A DNA stretch of 64,000 nt from positions 11,523-75,522 of IMG/VR virus record IMGVR_UViG_3300031251_000967, one strand, 5' to 3'. This stretch comes from a virus. Under the pieces are notes generated by a model, which was not told where the DNA came from, did no database searches, and saw only the letters and a list, made by a program, of their open reading frames with translations. The translations under genes were made by a program, and so were the position numbers. This document shows positions 9,635 to 20,082 of this stretch, piece after piece. Every line of letters begins with the position of its first letter. Position 1 is the stretch's first letter.

Positions 9635-11016
9635 CTCGCGAGGGCGCGGAACGACGTCGGCATGAAGCCCGGATGCACCACGTCCGCTTCGGCAATCAGC
9701 TCATCCGCCCGCGAGGCGTCCTGATAGAGCTTCATGGCGATGAGCGGCGCCGGCAGCGGCGCGGCGAAAGAAACCGTGATGACGCGTGGAAGCCCGGCCC
9801 CGCGGGCATTCATGTCGGCGACCACCGCCGCCTTCAGCGCCCGGAAGGCTGAGAACACCGAGTCCTCTCCCTGATCGCCCGCCGTATCGATCTCGGCATC
9901 AAGGAGCGTCACCACCGCATCTCGTACCGTTGCCGCGTCATCCTGGCTTGCCGGCTGATAGGCTGCTGTCGCGCGTGCCAGCGCAGACACCGCCGCGCGC
10001 CGCCACAGGTCGGAAGTCGCGGATTGCGCGGTCGCGACCGATGCCGACCCCTGAGACACGAGCGGAACGAAGGTCGCGAGAACTTGAAAGATCCGAACCC
10101 GGTCGGCGGGATCCGATGTGGCGCTTCCGAGCGTCGCCATCACCGCCTGAGCCTTGGCCCCCAGATCGGCAGTCGTGCTGGCACTCAGCGACGCTGCCGA
10201 GGACTGCGCCGCTGATACAGCCGCCGTCGCATTCGCCCGCGACTGCGCGCCTGACGCGATCAGGTCGGATACCGTTTTCGGTGGCTTGCTTGTGGCGGAA
10301 CTATCCCCGGTCACGCCCAGAAGCGTCGCGGACGCACCATCGAAGAACCGCCCGAACTCTCCTGGAAGCGCCTGGACAGTCCGAAAGAGAGACGTGGCGT
10401 CCGCAACCAGCGAAAACGCCTGCCCGCCATATTGCTGAACCGTGCCTACCACGGACTGCACGACGGCAGCCCCTTGCTGAAGCGCTGCCGCTATGCGGCT
10501 GCCGAAGCTGTCTGCGGCTGCGCTATCGGCATCGTCGGCGGCGGCAAGCGTCTCCTGCGGGGTTGCGGTGATGGAAACCGGGTAGATGCGAGGCGTCGAG
10601 TTGACGAACGAGAATTCCAACTCGGCGAACCGGCCCTCGATCGTATGCGTGATCGCAAAATCAAGAAGTGAAAACCGGTTGCGGCCGAATTGAGGGTGGA
10701 CCAGTTCTCCGCCCTGGTCATCCGAATCCCGCTGCTGACATACCGCCGCCATGCGCTTCGACTGCGCAATGACGTCGTCGCCGAGCAGGAACCCGACGAT
10801 GTGGATGACCTGCCGTCCACGGCCGAGGTCTTCGACCCATGGCGCGTCGCGGTTCGGATAGTCGTGAACCACGTTCCGCCGGCCGAAGCGCGCCCGCGAG
10901 GTCGTGACGCCGAACGGCACGCCCTTCCATAACGCAGACTGAAGCTGCCCACGGTAGGACAGCCCAGCGGCGCCGAGAAGCGCGCTGACGTCGTTGATGA
11001 AGCTGCCGATCGTCAT
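9631..11016 (-). CDS. DNA circularisation protein (Mu gp43/N-like)
   Basis: WKGVPF, GRRNVVHDYPNRDAPWVEDLGR, GELVHP, LYQDASRADELI. Confidence 0.92.
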   Translation of the reverse strand: MTIGSFINDVSALLGAAGLSYRGQLQSALWKGVPFGVTTSRARFGRRNVVHDYPNRDAPWVEDLGRGRQVIHIVGFLLGDDVIAQSKRMAAVCQQRDSDDQGGELVHPQFGRNRFSLLDFAITHTIEGRFAELEFSFVNSTPRIYPVSITATPQETLAAADDADSAAADSFGSRIAAALQQGAAVVQSVVGTVQQYGGQAFSLVADATSLFRTVQALPGEFGRFFDGASATLLGVTGDSSATSKPPKTVSDLIASGAQSRANATAAVSAAQSSAASLSASTTADLGAKAQAVMATLGSATSDPADRVRIFQVLATFVPLVSQGSASVATAQSATSDLWRRAAVSALARATAAYQPASQDDAATVRDAVVTLLDAEIDTAGDQGEDSVFSAFRALKAAVVADMNARGAGLPRVITVSFAAPLPAPLIAMKLYQDASRADELIAEADVVHPGFMPTSFRALAS

Positions 11017-11017
11017 C

Positions 11018-12142
11018 TCAGTACGGCCCCGCGTTCAGGAGAGGCGTAATCGGCACGGGCAGCACATCGAACGCCGCCGCCGGCATAACGGTCAGCTCGG
11101 CCGCCGTTCCGCGCTCGTCACGGCGGAACATCACGGAGCCGATGACCCATTCCGTCTGGCTCGCCGCCGCGGCGTTGACCTTGAGCGTCGGGATCCGGAT
11201 CGGGATGATGGTGTTAGGCGTCCAGAGGTTTCCGGAGCCGTCCCGCCAGCTATCTACCGTGACGTGTATCTGCGTCGACCGGCCGAACCGCCGGCTCGCT
11301 TCCCACTCTCCGCGCGCCCGCGCGTAATCGTCACCCATGCCGGCCGGTGTTTCGGCAATGATGTATTTCGGTCGGAACCGTGGCACGCCGCCGTCTTGAA
11401 TCGTCGCGACGATGTCGCCTTCGGGGTTCGCCCCGCCGTCCGCGAACGGCGAGAACGTAAGCCGGCGCACCCGATATTGGCTGTAGCGGTCGTGCATGCT
11501 GTACTGCACGCTCGCTTGCTGGATGTTCGCGCCCTCGACGACACCCGTCGACATGCTCCCGTTTCCGACGCGAGACAGGACGAGGTTGCCGTTCGCGTCC
11601 TCATAGACGAGGAGAGCCGCAAACCGGGCAATGCGCTCGATCAGTTCATAGGGCGTCTCGCCCCACATGATGACGAGCTGCGGAACCACCCGCTCCTCTC
11701 CGCTCAATTGTGAGACGGAGATTCCGAAGGGCTTGGCGAGGCTCTGCGCGATCGTCAGAACCGACTGGTTGTTGAACTGCCCCGTGGACCAGACAGCGGA
11801 GCAATCAACGAGGTCCTGCCCCCTGCCCCGGCCGACGATGCGCAACGAGTGCTGTGACGCGCTCAACCCCGGCGTAACGCTATCGATGTAACCGGACACG
11901 ACAAGATCGCGGCCGAGCCCACGGGTGATGAACACTTGGCACGGATCGCCAGGGCGCACCGGAACGTCGATGGTCGCGCTCGGATACCGCTCCGTAGCCA
12001 CGATCTCGAAGACGGACGGGAAGAACTCGCACGACCGCTGAATGCGGACGCTCTCCCACCCGCCTAAGTCGTAGATACTTGACCGGTTGAGCGGGGTTTC
12101 CGTCTGGTACGGGCCCACCCGGATAACGACATCATCATCCAT
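11018..12142 (-). CDS. Baseplate hub / Mu gpP (gp44)-like tail protein
   Basis: GWESVRIQRS, GRGRGQDLVDCS, GETPYELIER, WRDGSGNLWTPN. Confidence 0.9.
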   Translation of the reverse strand: MDDDVVIRVGPYQTETPLNRSSIYDLGGWESVRIQRSCEFFPSVFEIVATERYPSATIDVPVRPGDPCQVFITRGLGRDLVVSGYIDSVTPGLSASQHSLRIVGRGRGQDLVDCSAVWSTGQFNNQSVLTIAQSLAKPFGISVSQLSGEERVVPQLVIMWGETPYELIERIARFAALLVYEDANGNLVLSRVGNGSMSTGVVEGANIQQASVQYSMHDRYSQYRVRRLTFSPFADGGANPEGDIVATIQDGGVPRFRPKYIIAETPAGMGDDYARARGEWEASRRFGRSTQIHVTVDSWRDGSGNLWTPNTIIPIRIPTLKVNAAAASQTEWVIGSVMFRRDERGTAAELTVMPAAAFDVLPVPITPLLNAGPY

Positions 12143-12151
12143 GATGGGCGC

Positions 12152-13714
12152 TTACGGGTTAACCGCGCCGGTCGGCATGCTGTAGTGAACGCGCACCGGA
12201 GCGAAGGGAGAACTGCTGTTCGCAGAGACCGAGGAACCGGCCGGGGTCGTCACATGCACGTCGACCCGCGCGTTCTGCCCCTGGCCGCCCGATCCACCCT
12301 CGGCCATCGCCGCCTTGATGGCCTGCGCATACTGCTCTGGCGTGAACGGCTGCTTTCCCTGCTCCTGCTTGACGATCGCCGAAAGGATCGAAGCGTTCGT
12401 TTCCTCGCTGCCGTCGATCGGCGCGTTCGGCAGGATGCCGGTTCGCTCGGAGACCTTGCGGATGTAGGCTTCGGTGTCGTTCTCGTTGGCGGGAGCCCAT
12501 CGGCCGACGATTCCCGAAACCGTGTTGATGCCGTGCTTCCGCTCGTAGGCGATCAGATTCCGCGCTGCCGCGTTCAGGCCGTCTTCCGGGCTGGCGTAGG
12601 TCTGGAACGCATTCTGCCCCGGCACGCGGAGATTGCCGGGGTTGTTCCGCTTGATCCCGCTCGCGCCGAGCAGATCGACGCTGGCGGCCGTTGCCGCGCC
12701 GGTGACACCGCCGACGATCGCGCCGCCGAGCGCACCCGGCCCGGCACCGATGCCGCCGAACAAAGCGCCGATGCCGGCCCCCGTAGCCGCGCCGGCCGCC
12801 GCGCCGCCAGCCGCACCACTGAGGATCACGCCAAGGTGAGCGAGTGGCCCAAGCGACTGCGTCGCCTTGTTCGCCCTCTCCGCCAGATCGCCGAGCCAGT
12901 CGACGATCTTCTTGAGACCGGGCGCTAGGATCAGTTCCGCGTTCTCCGCCGCGCCGGTCATGTTCTCGCCGAGCTTGGAGAGCGACTTGCCGAGAGATGA
13001 TCCGGCATCCGCCGCAGCCCCTGCGTTCGGGCGGAACTGCGCAGCCGAGTTCGTGAGCTGGTCCATATTCTCGACGAGCCGCCGGATATCCTCCGGCTGG
13101 CCAAGGGCGTTCAGGATGGCGTTCTTGCCCTGCACCGTCGGAGCGCGCTCAAGAGCCCGCGCCAGGTCGCGGTAAGCCGACGCCACGTCCGCTTGGCCGT
13201 TGGCGTCGTACTTGGCGCGGATGCCGAGCTGGGCGAAGTAGCCGGCCATCTGAGGATTGCGGCCCGACAGCACGTCGCCGATGTTCTTCGCCATCGCGGA
13301 CGCGCCCTGCGTCGCCGTCTCACCCGACAAGCCGCCAAGGCGAGCCGCCGACTGGAAGCGGGCAAGCTGGTCCGCGCCGATCCCGATCCGGTATGCTGTG
13401 TTCGTCGCCTGCAAGCCCATGTCCGCCCACTGCCGCGTGAGCGCGGCGAGACCAGACACGGTGCCGATACCGGCCAGCGATCCGGCAGCGCCGCTGACAG
13501 ATCCGAGCTTGTCCAACATCGCGTTTGCAGCGGTGCCGGCCGAACTCAGCGACTTCGCAACCTTATCGAGCCCGGTATCCTTGCCGATCTTGGACAGCAC
13601 GTCCTGCGTGTTGCGGATCGGCTTCGTGAACTTCTCAACCGCCGCGGTGACCTTGTTGATGATCGCCGACGCGTTGTCGGCGGCGGTGATGTTGATTGCA
13701 AAAGCGTTCGCCAT
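12152..13714 (-). CDS. Tape measure protein with C-terminal NNPGN-type lysozyme-like domain
   Basis: Ala/Gly-rich; RNNPGNLR...RWAPANENDTEAY; position. Confidence 0.8.
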   Translation of the reverse strand: MANAFAINITAADNASAIINKVTAAVEKFTKPIRNTQDVLSKIGKDTGLDKVAKSLSSAGTAANAMLDKLGSVSGAAGSLAGIGTVSGLAALTRQWADMGLQATNTAYRIGIGADQLARFQSAARLGGLSGETATQGASAMAKNIGDVLSGRNPQMAGYFAQLGIRAKYDANGQADVASAYRDLARALERAPTVQGKNAILNALGQPEDIRRLVENMDQLTNSAAQFRPNAGAAADAGSSLGKSLSKLGENMTGAAENAELILAPGLKKIVDWLGDLAERANKATQSLGPLAHLGVILSGAAGGAAAGAATGAGIGALFGGIGAGPGALGGAIVGGVTGAATAASVDLLGASGIKRNNPGNLRVPGQNAFQTYASPEDGLNAAARNLIAYERKHGINTVSGIVGRWAPANENDTEAYIRKVSERTGILPNAPIDGSEETNASILSAIVKQEQGKQPFTPEQYAQAIKAAMAEGGSGGQGQNARVDVHVTTPAGSSVSANSSSPFAPVRVHYSMPTGAVNP

Positions 13715-13869
13715 CACGCGCCGTCCTTACCGTTCATCCGCACCGCTTGAGCGGTCCACCACTGGATTTCCGACCACGTCAGAGACCAAGCGTCCTTTGG
13801 CCCCCACCCGTAGAACTTCGTCAGGTCTGCGACGGAGTCTCGCCAGTCTCGGGGGAGGCGTTCATAAAA
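13714..13869 (-). CDS. Tail chaperone frameshift extension (P2 E'/lambda GT-like)
   Basis: -1 frame reads ADLTKFYGWGPKDAWSLTWSEIQWW; stop overlaps TMP start. Confidence 0.7.
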   Translation of the reverse strand, partial: FYERLPRDWRDSVADLTKFYGWGPKDAWSLTWSEIQWWTAQAVRMNGKDGA

Positions 13870-14117
13870 GCCCCGAGATATTCCGACGCCGCGTTGAAGT
13901 CGCGCGCGCCGAGCTTTTCCAAGAAAGGCTTGTCGATGCCGGTGATGAGGTTGATCAGCAGCAGCGTCGCGGAGACGCCGCCGTCCCGCGCAATGGCTCG
14001 GGTGAACTTGTCCAGTTCGCCGGCCGTAGGCTCGCGGAGAGCGAGGCTCTGCACCTCGCCCTTTGCTGTCACCAGCGGCTTGCGGAGGGCGATCGTCAGT
14101 TCGTCCTTTAGGTCCAC
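13821..14117 (-). CDS. Tail assembly chaperone (Mu gp41/P2 gpE family)
   Basis: LALREPTAGEL, LGARDF. Confidence 0.85.
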   Translation of the reverse strand: MDLKDELTIALRKPLVTAKGEVQSLALREPTAGELDKFTRAIARDGGVSATLLLINLITGIDKPFLEKLGARDFNAASEYLGAFMNASPETGETPSQT

Positions 14118-14118
14118 G

Positions 14119-14496
14119 TCAGATCTCCGTCACGCGAGGCGCTTCCCACTTCACGTCAAGGGTCGCTTCGGCTGAATCCACGTCCTGCGCGTCGACGGTC
14201 CAGGCGCCGGAAGCCATTACCGTCTTGCCGTTCGCGAGTTGCAGCACGACAGTTTCATCGGTCATAGCATTCAGGGCCGCAACACTGAGTCCGCCCCCAT
14301 CACGCAGTGACGCCACGATGTTTCCAGGGACCGGCGTCTCCTTGAATCCATGGACGCCGTCCATGCCGACGACGGTCTCGCGCGTGACGGTCGAGACCCT
14401 GTACCCCGCCTTTCCGGCCACCTGATACGGCGTCCCATTAATCGACAGGTATGCGATGCCGGCGAGAAAGTTCGGCGTGCCGACTTGGCTGGTCAT
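14119..14496 (-). CDS. Tail tube protein (Mu gpM-like)
   Basis: RETVVGMDGVHGFKETP, LQLANGK. Confidence 0.9.
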   Translation of the reverse strand: MTSQVGTPNFLAGIAYLSINGTPYQVAGKAGYRVSTVTRETVVGMDGVHGFKETPVPGNIVASLRDGGGLSVAALNAMTDETVVLQLANGKTVMASGAWTVDAQDVDSAEATLDVKWEAPRVTEI

Positions 14497-14515
14497 GGCG
14501 AATTATCCTTCCGGC

Positions 14516-16321
14516 TTACGAGAGGCGGAACTGCGCGAGCAGGGCGAAGATATCAAGCTGCTCGATCAAGGTCGGTGGGAAGAGCACGTCCACGCGGTTC
14601 GGATTGGACGGGTTGATCTGCACGATCAGTGCCTGAGCAAATTCCTTGCTCTTCTGGACCTGCCCTTCCGCTTCGAGCTTCTGATACTCGGAGATGATGT
14701 CCGCCTTGATGATCTTCGGCGTGACGATGTTCGAGCCGGCCGCAAACTGCGTCCCATCTGCGGCCAGCTTCACCCGCGCATATTTGGTCGTGACCACGGA
14801 GGCGAGGCGCCGCAGGATGTACATCAACTGGTACATCGTGTTGACGCGCAAATAGCTGTCGTCCGGCTGCCCGAAGCTATTCTGCTGGTACGTGGTGATG
14901 AGCCGCTGAATGAGCACGTTCCCGGCGGCATCGACCTTGTATGTGGAAACGCCGCTGTAAAGGAGACTGTTCTCGCTTGACAGATTGAACCGCGACTGAA
15001 CGGGCGGTGCGAGAACGTCCTGAAGGACAACATCACGGATCGGGATGCCAGGGTCGGCGCGAACGCTGATCGCAGTCTGCGCAGCGATGGCCGAAGCCCA
15101 CTTCCATGAAGGTGTCGGCGAGTCATGGAAACCCATGTTCGACCCGTGCTGGTCGTTCCGGGTCGGGCCAAACGCCATCTGATTGGCGAGATTGCCGCGA
15201 TAGGCGTAGAAGAAACCGCCGTAGATTTGCGACGCCCACGACCACCGTCCCGACGTGTCGTTGAGGAACGCCTGGAGCGCATTCAGCGTGGTCGCATCGG
15301 TGTACGGGCATGCGATGAAGTCGAACGGCATGTCGCCGAGGTTCGCCAGCAGCGCCGCGATGCTCGGCGTGCCGGTGCCGCCCGACATCGGCACGATCGC
15401 AACCTGCATGCCGGTCGGAAGGGACTGCCCGCCGGCCGTTCCGAGGTAGTTCACCCGAAGGTCGATTTCGTTGCCAACCACGCCGCCGTTCTTGGCGGTG
15501 AGGGTGACGACGGCGCTTGCGGCCGAAGCGGTCACGGCCAGATCGTTGTTCGCGTTCACCGCTGCGGCAATGGCGCTCGCCACCTGAGACGTGGTCGCGC
15601 TCGCCGCGACGGTCACCGGGACGTAGATACCGCCCACGTACAGCGCCAGCGTCCCATTGGCGGTCGGCGGGTTGGTCACGGTAATCGTACCGGTCGCCTG
15701 AATAGCCGTCACGCCTCCCGAGAGCGTCGCGCCGGAAAGCGTGATCGCGGTCGATGACTTGGCGAGCGACAGACCGTTGCCGGCGCTGCCGCGCGTAACG
15801 GAAGTGATGTTCAACACCGAGCCGACGACGGCATAGGTGCACTTGACGATGTTCGTATCGGCCGAGGTCTGGAGGAAGCCCAGCAGGTTCGCCAGCGTCT
15901 GCGCCAGCGTGGATCCGATGAGAACCTGAAGTCCGCTCGGAGCGGACGAGACGAAGGTGACGGCCGTTCCAGCGATCGTCAGCGTGTCGTTGGCGGCCGG
16001 GTTCGCCGAGAAGGTCGCGGAGCCGGTGGCGGCAGTATTGTCGGACAGCGGGCCGTACCAGAACTCGCCGAACGTGTCGTTCCGGCGGTAGGCATAGGCC
16101 ATCTGCGCCAGGACGGATCCCTGACCGCACACGCTTTTGGCATCGGTCACGCCAGCGGAGATTACCGGGATATCCGGCGCCAGGGTTCCGGCGCTCGTGA
16201 TTTGCCCGATCAGCAAGGCGCGCTGATTGATCGTCGCCGTGTTCGCCTGACTCGGGTCGACTTCGGCGTAAAACAGGGGCACCCGGATGCCGGCCGGGAT
16301 GTTCTTGAATGCTAGCGTCAC
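14516..16321 (-). CDS. Tail sheath protein (Mu gpL-like) with extra inserted domain
   Basis: [40 protein letters not shown]. Confidence 0.95.
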   Translation of the reverse strand: MTLAFKNIPAGIRVPLFYAEVDPSQANTATINQRALLIGQITSAGTLAPDIPVISAGVTDAKSVCGQGSVLAQMAYAYRRNDTFGEFWYGPLSDNTAATGSATFSANPAANDTLTIAGTAVTFVSSAPSGLQVLIGSTLAQTLANLLGFLQTSADTNIVKCTYAVVGSVLNITSVTRGSAGNGLSLAKSSTAITLSGATLSGGVTAIQATGTITVTNPPTANGTLALYVGGIYVPVTVAASATTSQVASAIAAAVNANNDLAVTASAASAVVTLTAKNGGVVGNEIDLRVNYLGTAGGQSLPTGMQVAIVPMSGGTGTPSIAALLANLGDMPFDFIACPYTDATTLNALQAFLNDTSGRWSWASQIYGGFFYAYRGNLANQMAFGPTRNDQHGSNMGFHDSPTPSWKWASAIAAQTAISVRADPGIPIRDVVLQDVLAPPVQSRFNLSSENSLLYSGVSTYKVDAAGNVLIQRLITTYQQNSFGQPDDSYLRVNTMYQLMYILRRLASVVTTKYARVKLAADGTQFAAGSNIVTPKIIKADIISEYQKLEAEGQVQKSKEFAQALIVQINPSNPNRVDVLFPPTLIEQLDIFALLAQFRLS

Positions 16322-16324
16322 GGG

Positions 16325-16969
16325 TCAGCCTCCGGTGAGGGGGATCTTCAAAAAGCCTTCGTCGCGTCCGTCCGGGCCGGCGGTGCGCGGTGCTGGCGTC
16401 GGCGTGCAGGCAGGATCGGTCGGCGCCGGATAAGTGCCTGTCCGATCAAAGACGTTCGTTGCGTCGACATGCGCGTCGACTTCGGTGAGTGGCGTGCCGA
16501 GAGGATTGCCGGCCGCATCTACGTTCGGCTCGAACACCTGATAGACTTCGATGCCGAAGGTGATCGCGACGACGCCGATATGCCCCTCTCCGGGGCTTTC
16601 GACCTTGATGTCGACGTCGGCCATCGACACGTTCTGAACTTGGTTCTCGTAGAGGAACCGGCCGTTGCGGAGGATCGCGCCCTCGATCTGCTGGCCGAGC
16701 GCTTCCGCTGCCTCTTCGGCGTCCTCTTCAGTGTTCCGCTCGATCTCGCCGACCACAGAGAGCATGATCGTGGAATTGAACTGCGGCGGCCCCATCAGAG
16801 CCGCGCCAAGCGGGGAGCGCTTCTCCTGCCGCGTCCGGACCACGATGAGCGGGGTTTTCGCTCCGGTGACAGGCCAATCTCGGGGCGAGAACACCCGGTC
16901 ATTCGCAAGCGTCTTGGCCTGCTTCAGAGCGTCCACCGCCGCCGCTCGGATTGCGACGCGGTTGATCAT
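16325..16969 (-). CDS. Tail completion/terminator protein
   Basis: Position before sheath; RVFSPRDWP. Confidence 0.65.
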   Translation of the reverse strand: MINRVAIRAAAVDALKQAKTLANDRVFSPRDWPVTGAKTPLIVVRTRQEKRSPLGAALMGPPQFNSTIMLSVVGEIERNTEEDAEEAAEALGQQIEGAILRNGRFLYENQVQNVSMADVDIKVESPGEGHIGVVAITFGIEVYQVFEPNVDAAGNPLGTPLTEVDAHVDATNVFDRTGTYPAPTDPACTPTPAPRTAGPDGRDEGFLKIPLTGG

Positions 16970-17295
16970 TCGTCCGCGCTCCGGAGGCGGTTCAGCATCA
17001 GCTTTGCTGCGCCGTGGCCGTCCGGGCGCACGTCCTTGACGACGTACACCCCGCCTTGGACGGTGAGTTGATCGCCCTGCTTAGGACCGATGGGGAACTG
17101 AGAAAGCCGGACGCCGAGAACGGGGAGCGTCGTATTGATCTGCGTTCCGTCCTCGGCGATATCGACTTCCGTGTATGCCCGGTCGAAGATGCCCGTCGTC
17201 TGGAACGGGCCATCATCGGCCGGCGCGTACGTGACGGGTTCGCCGAACACGCGCTGCGTCGGCCCGAGGACGAGCCTGTCCCAATCGACGGCCAT
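16966..17295 (-). CDS. Head-tail joining protein (lambda FII-like)
   Basis: FGEPVTY, PKQGD, VRPDGHG. Confidence 0.8.
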   Translation of the reverse strand: MAVDWDRLVLGPTQRVFGEPVTYAPADDGPFQTTGIFDRAYTEVDIAEDGTQINTTLPVLGVRLSQFPIGPKQGDQLTVQGGVYVVKDVRPDGHGAAKLMLNRLRSADE

Positions 17296-17300
17296 ATACC

Positions 17301-17576
17301 TCAGCCTCCGACCGAGATGCGGTTCGCCACCCCGTTGACGGTGACGCCCTCGTTGACCGGTTCGCCGGTCGGGAGGGCCGGCGCGATCTCGCCTTCCGCG
17401 ACGACGAGGAAGCCGAGCGCCTTGAGGCGCGTGACTTCCTCCGCCGGGAGGTCGACGAGTGAGCCGGGACCGAACGACTTGTCTTCGACGGTGATGGTGC
17501 GACCGCGCGCCACCACCGCCTTGACGAGCGCCACGGGCTCCGGCGCTGCCGCAGCAGACTTAGGAGCCGGAGGCAT
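17301..17576 (-). CDS. Small head-associated protein (FI position)
   Basis: Directly after capsid gene; FGPGSLVDLPAEEVTRLKALGF. Confidence 0.6.
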   Translation of the reverse strand: MPPAPKSAAAAPEPVALVKAVVARGRTITVEDKSFGPGSLVDLPAEEVTRLKALGFLVVAEGEIAPALPTGEPVNEGVTVNGVANRISVGG

Positions 17577-18655
17577 CAGCTAAGCACCGCAGCGCAGACC
17601 GTCGCCGCAAAGCAGGCGTTAACCCGCGAAGGAATGACGATCGGCGAGGACTGCATCATGATATACCGCTGCGCCGGATCCTTTTGGACCCAGGTCTTCG
17701 GCGCGAACGGCAGGTTCGCATAGCTGAACTCCGGATCCAGGATCTGGCCGAAGGCGCGGGTGCCCATCATGTCCGGGCCGCACAGGATGACGGTGCCGTC
17801 CGGGAGCATCGGCTTCTCGGTATTGTCGGCGTCGTCGACGTACCACTCGTTGTACAGCCAGAGCCGATACTGGCCCCAAATGCCCTTGAAAACCGCGCCC
17901 TTCTCGATCTGCGGGCCGGGGTTGATGACGTTGCTCGCCTCGCCGAGCCGCGGATAGTAGATCGCGCCCTGAACGCCGACGGCGTTGAGGAACAGCGTCC
18001 ACGGGGTAGTGGTGAACACGATGTCCGTCGTACGGGCGCCGGACTTCTTGAGGATGATGTTCTGCCACGTTTCCAGGTTCTTCGTCGGAACCGGGTCATG
18101 ACCAGCAGGGGTGAGGTTGCCGGAAACACCCCACTGATTGCTGCCGGACAGCGCGACCGTCAGCGCGGCGTCGCGGCCGAAATCAACGACCTGCGTCGGG
18201 AAGCCCTCGCCGGAGATCGTGACCGCGCCCGATTGGAGGACCTGCGCCGCCATCCATTCGAGCCGGCGGGTCAGCATGTCGATCTGATCCGTCATCTCGA
18301 ATTCGAGGTTGGCCATCTCGCGCTCGGCCGGCGTCATGTCTCCGCCGATCCGCTCGCCGATCATGCGGCGCACGGGGCGGCGCAGGTCGGGAACGCGCTT
18401 GTCCTTGATGTAAGCCGGCTTGAAGGTGTTGGTCTGGACCTTCCGGGCCTCGACCAGTTTGCCCTCGACGAGCGGGCTGACGAACGGCGACATCCGGCGC
18501 TTACCGACATCCACGTCGATCGAGACGTACTCGCTGTCCGACATGACGATGTTCGGGAAGAAGTTGTCCAGGAGGAACGACGACGCCGTCTTGAGGTTCG
18601 GCACCACCTGGATCAGGGTATTCGTATCGTAAATGAACGCGTTCTGTGCGACCAT
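17576..18655 (-). CDS. Major capsid protein (lambda gpE family)
   Basis: RMSPFVSPLVEG, FKPAYIKDK, RRLEWMAAQ, MMQSSP. Confidence 0.95.
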   Translation of the reverse strand: MVAQNAFIYDTNTLIQVVPNLKTASSFLLDNFFPNIVMSDSEYVSIDVDVGKRRMSPFVSPLVEGKLVEARKVQTNTFKPAYIKDKRVPDLRRPVRRMIGERIGGDMTPAEREMANLEFEMTDQIDMLTRRLEWMAAQVLQSGAVTISGEGFPTQVVDFGRDAALTVALSGSNQWGVSGNLTPAGHDPVPTKNLETWQNIILKKSGARTTDIVFTTTPWTLFLNAVGVQGAIYYPRLGEASNVINPGPQIEKGAVFKGIWGQYRLWLYNEWYVDDADNTEKPMLPDGTVILCGPDMMGTRAFGQILDPEFSYANLPFAPKTWVQKDPAQRYIMMQSSPIVIPSRVNACFAATVCAAVLS

Positions 18656-18718
18656 TTGCGGTCTCCAAAGAGAAGCCGCGCACTAGGCGGGGCTCTTGTC
18701 GGTTGCGTGAGGTGCCGA

Positions 18719-19396
18719 TTAGCTCGGGTCGGCGGCCGAAACAGAGGTCTTCAGGAAGATGCTGGACGACCGCAGTGCGGCCTTCGCCGCTGCCGCAGTG
18801 ATGCCGGCCCCGAAGGTGAGCGCGTTCGTGTTGAACTCTCCGGTCAAGTAGATGCCGCCGACCACGTCGCCGCCGGATGCATCGACGTCGTCAGCCAAGA
18901 TCGCCGCCGGAGTCTGGCTGCCGTCTGTCGCAGCGGCTGCGGCAAGCTTGTAGCTATTGCTCCCCGCCGCAACGGCGATCGTGATGCTGTCACCGGCCAC
19001 CATGGCGGTGCCGCCGGTCGCGAAGGTGAAGCTGATTTCGGCGTCCGAGTAGGCGCCGGCAGCCGTTCCGGCGACGAGTTCGACGCCGTTCGGATTGATC
19101 ACGTCGTAGGTCGTTGCCGACTTGAACTTGATCGTGTAGTTGCCGACCTTCGCCTTGCTGCCGAGAGCGACGCTTGAAACGGTGCCGTTGCCGGTGTTGC
19201 CGCCCGTGGCGGTCGGCGTGCCGGCCGCGCCGACGGTGACCTGACCGAGAACCGCTCCACGCTTCAGGGCGGCCCCGCCGGTGATCGTCACGGAGTCGGT
19301 GACGAGCTGGAACGGACCGGCAATGAGCTGGTCGGGAAGATAGACCTGAGAGGCAACGCCCGGAACCTGGGGATTGTCGGAAATGCTGAGAGCCAT
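18719..19396 (-). CDS. Head decoration protein (lambda gpD family) with insertion
   Basis: LKRGAVLG, DGSQTPAAILADDVDAS, GEFN. Confidence 0.9.
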   Translation of the reverse strand: MALSISDNPQVPGVASQVYLPDQLIAGPFQLVTDSVTITGGAALKRGAVLGQVTVGAAGTPTATGGNTGNGTVSSVALGSKAKVGNYTIKFKSATTYDVINPNGVELVAGTAAGAYSDAEISFTFATGGTAMVAGDSITIAVAAGSNSYKLAAAAATDGSQTPAAILADDVDASGGDVVGGIYLTGEFNTNALTFGAGITAAAAKAALRSSSIFLKTSVSAADPS

Positions 19397-19427
19397 TTGG
19401 TGAATTCCTTATGAGGATCAGGACGGA

Positions 19428-20060
19428 TCAGGCTTCGCCGCGGCGCTTCTTGCCGGCCGCGACGATCGCGGCGGCAACGGCCACCGGGTCGGTCGGGTCA
19501 AGCTTTGCGGTCGGCGCATCGGAGCCGGGGTTCGGGACGTTGACCGAAGCCATGCGGTCGGCGACGCCGCCGGTTGCCCGCTTGTCGCCGGCAACTGCGG
19601 CGCTGAAGAAGCGGACCGCTTCGTCAGCGCTCATGCTGGTGCCGAAAGCGAGTTCGGCGGCAAGGTCCGGACGCTTCCCGGCAGCCGGGCAACCGAAGAT
19701 GGCAGCGCCACGTGCGCGCTCCATCTCACGACCGGCCTTGATGCCGCGAGCTTCCGCCTTCTTGGCATCGTCCTTCTTCTTATCCTCGTCTTCTTCCTCC
19801 GCGCGCTTGGCGTCTTCTTCCTTTTTCTTCTCTTCCTCCGCGCGCTTCGCGTCCTCTTCTTTCTTCTTTTCTTCTTCGGCGCGCCTCGCCTCTTCCTCCT
19901 GCTCCTGCTCTTCGGCCTTGCGGGCCTGCTCTTCCTCGTCCTCGCGCTTCTTGCGCTCCTCATCGGTCTCCTCCGCACGGGCGGCGGCGACGGTCGAAGC
20001 ATTGGGGCGGCGCAGCAGATGGGCGAACGGCGCCGCGCCCGCGATTGCTCGCAGAGTCAT
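19428..20060 (-). CDS. Capsid scaffolding protein
   Basis: AGGAG RBS; E/K tandem repeats (EEDAKRAEEEKKK); ERARGAAIF. Confidence 0.7.
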   Translation of the reverse strand: MTLRAIAGAAPFAHLLRRPNASTVAAARAEETDEERKKREDEEEQARKAEEQEQEEEARRAEEEKKKEEDAKRAEEEKKKEEDAKRAEEEDEDKKKDDAKKAEARGIKAGREMERARGAAIFGCPAAGKRPDLAAELAFGTSMSADEAVRFFSAAVAGDKRATGGVADRMASVNVPNPGSDAPTAKLDPTDPVAVAAAIVAAGKKRRGEA

Positions 20061-20082
20061 AGTTTCTCCTGTCGTTACGAGA

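Noticed and set aside
19780-19960. Tandem nucleotide repeats
   Set aside because: Explained by E/K-rich coding repeats of the scaffold protein
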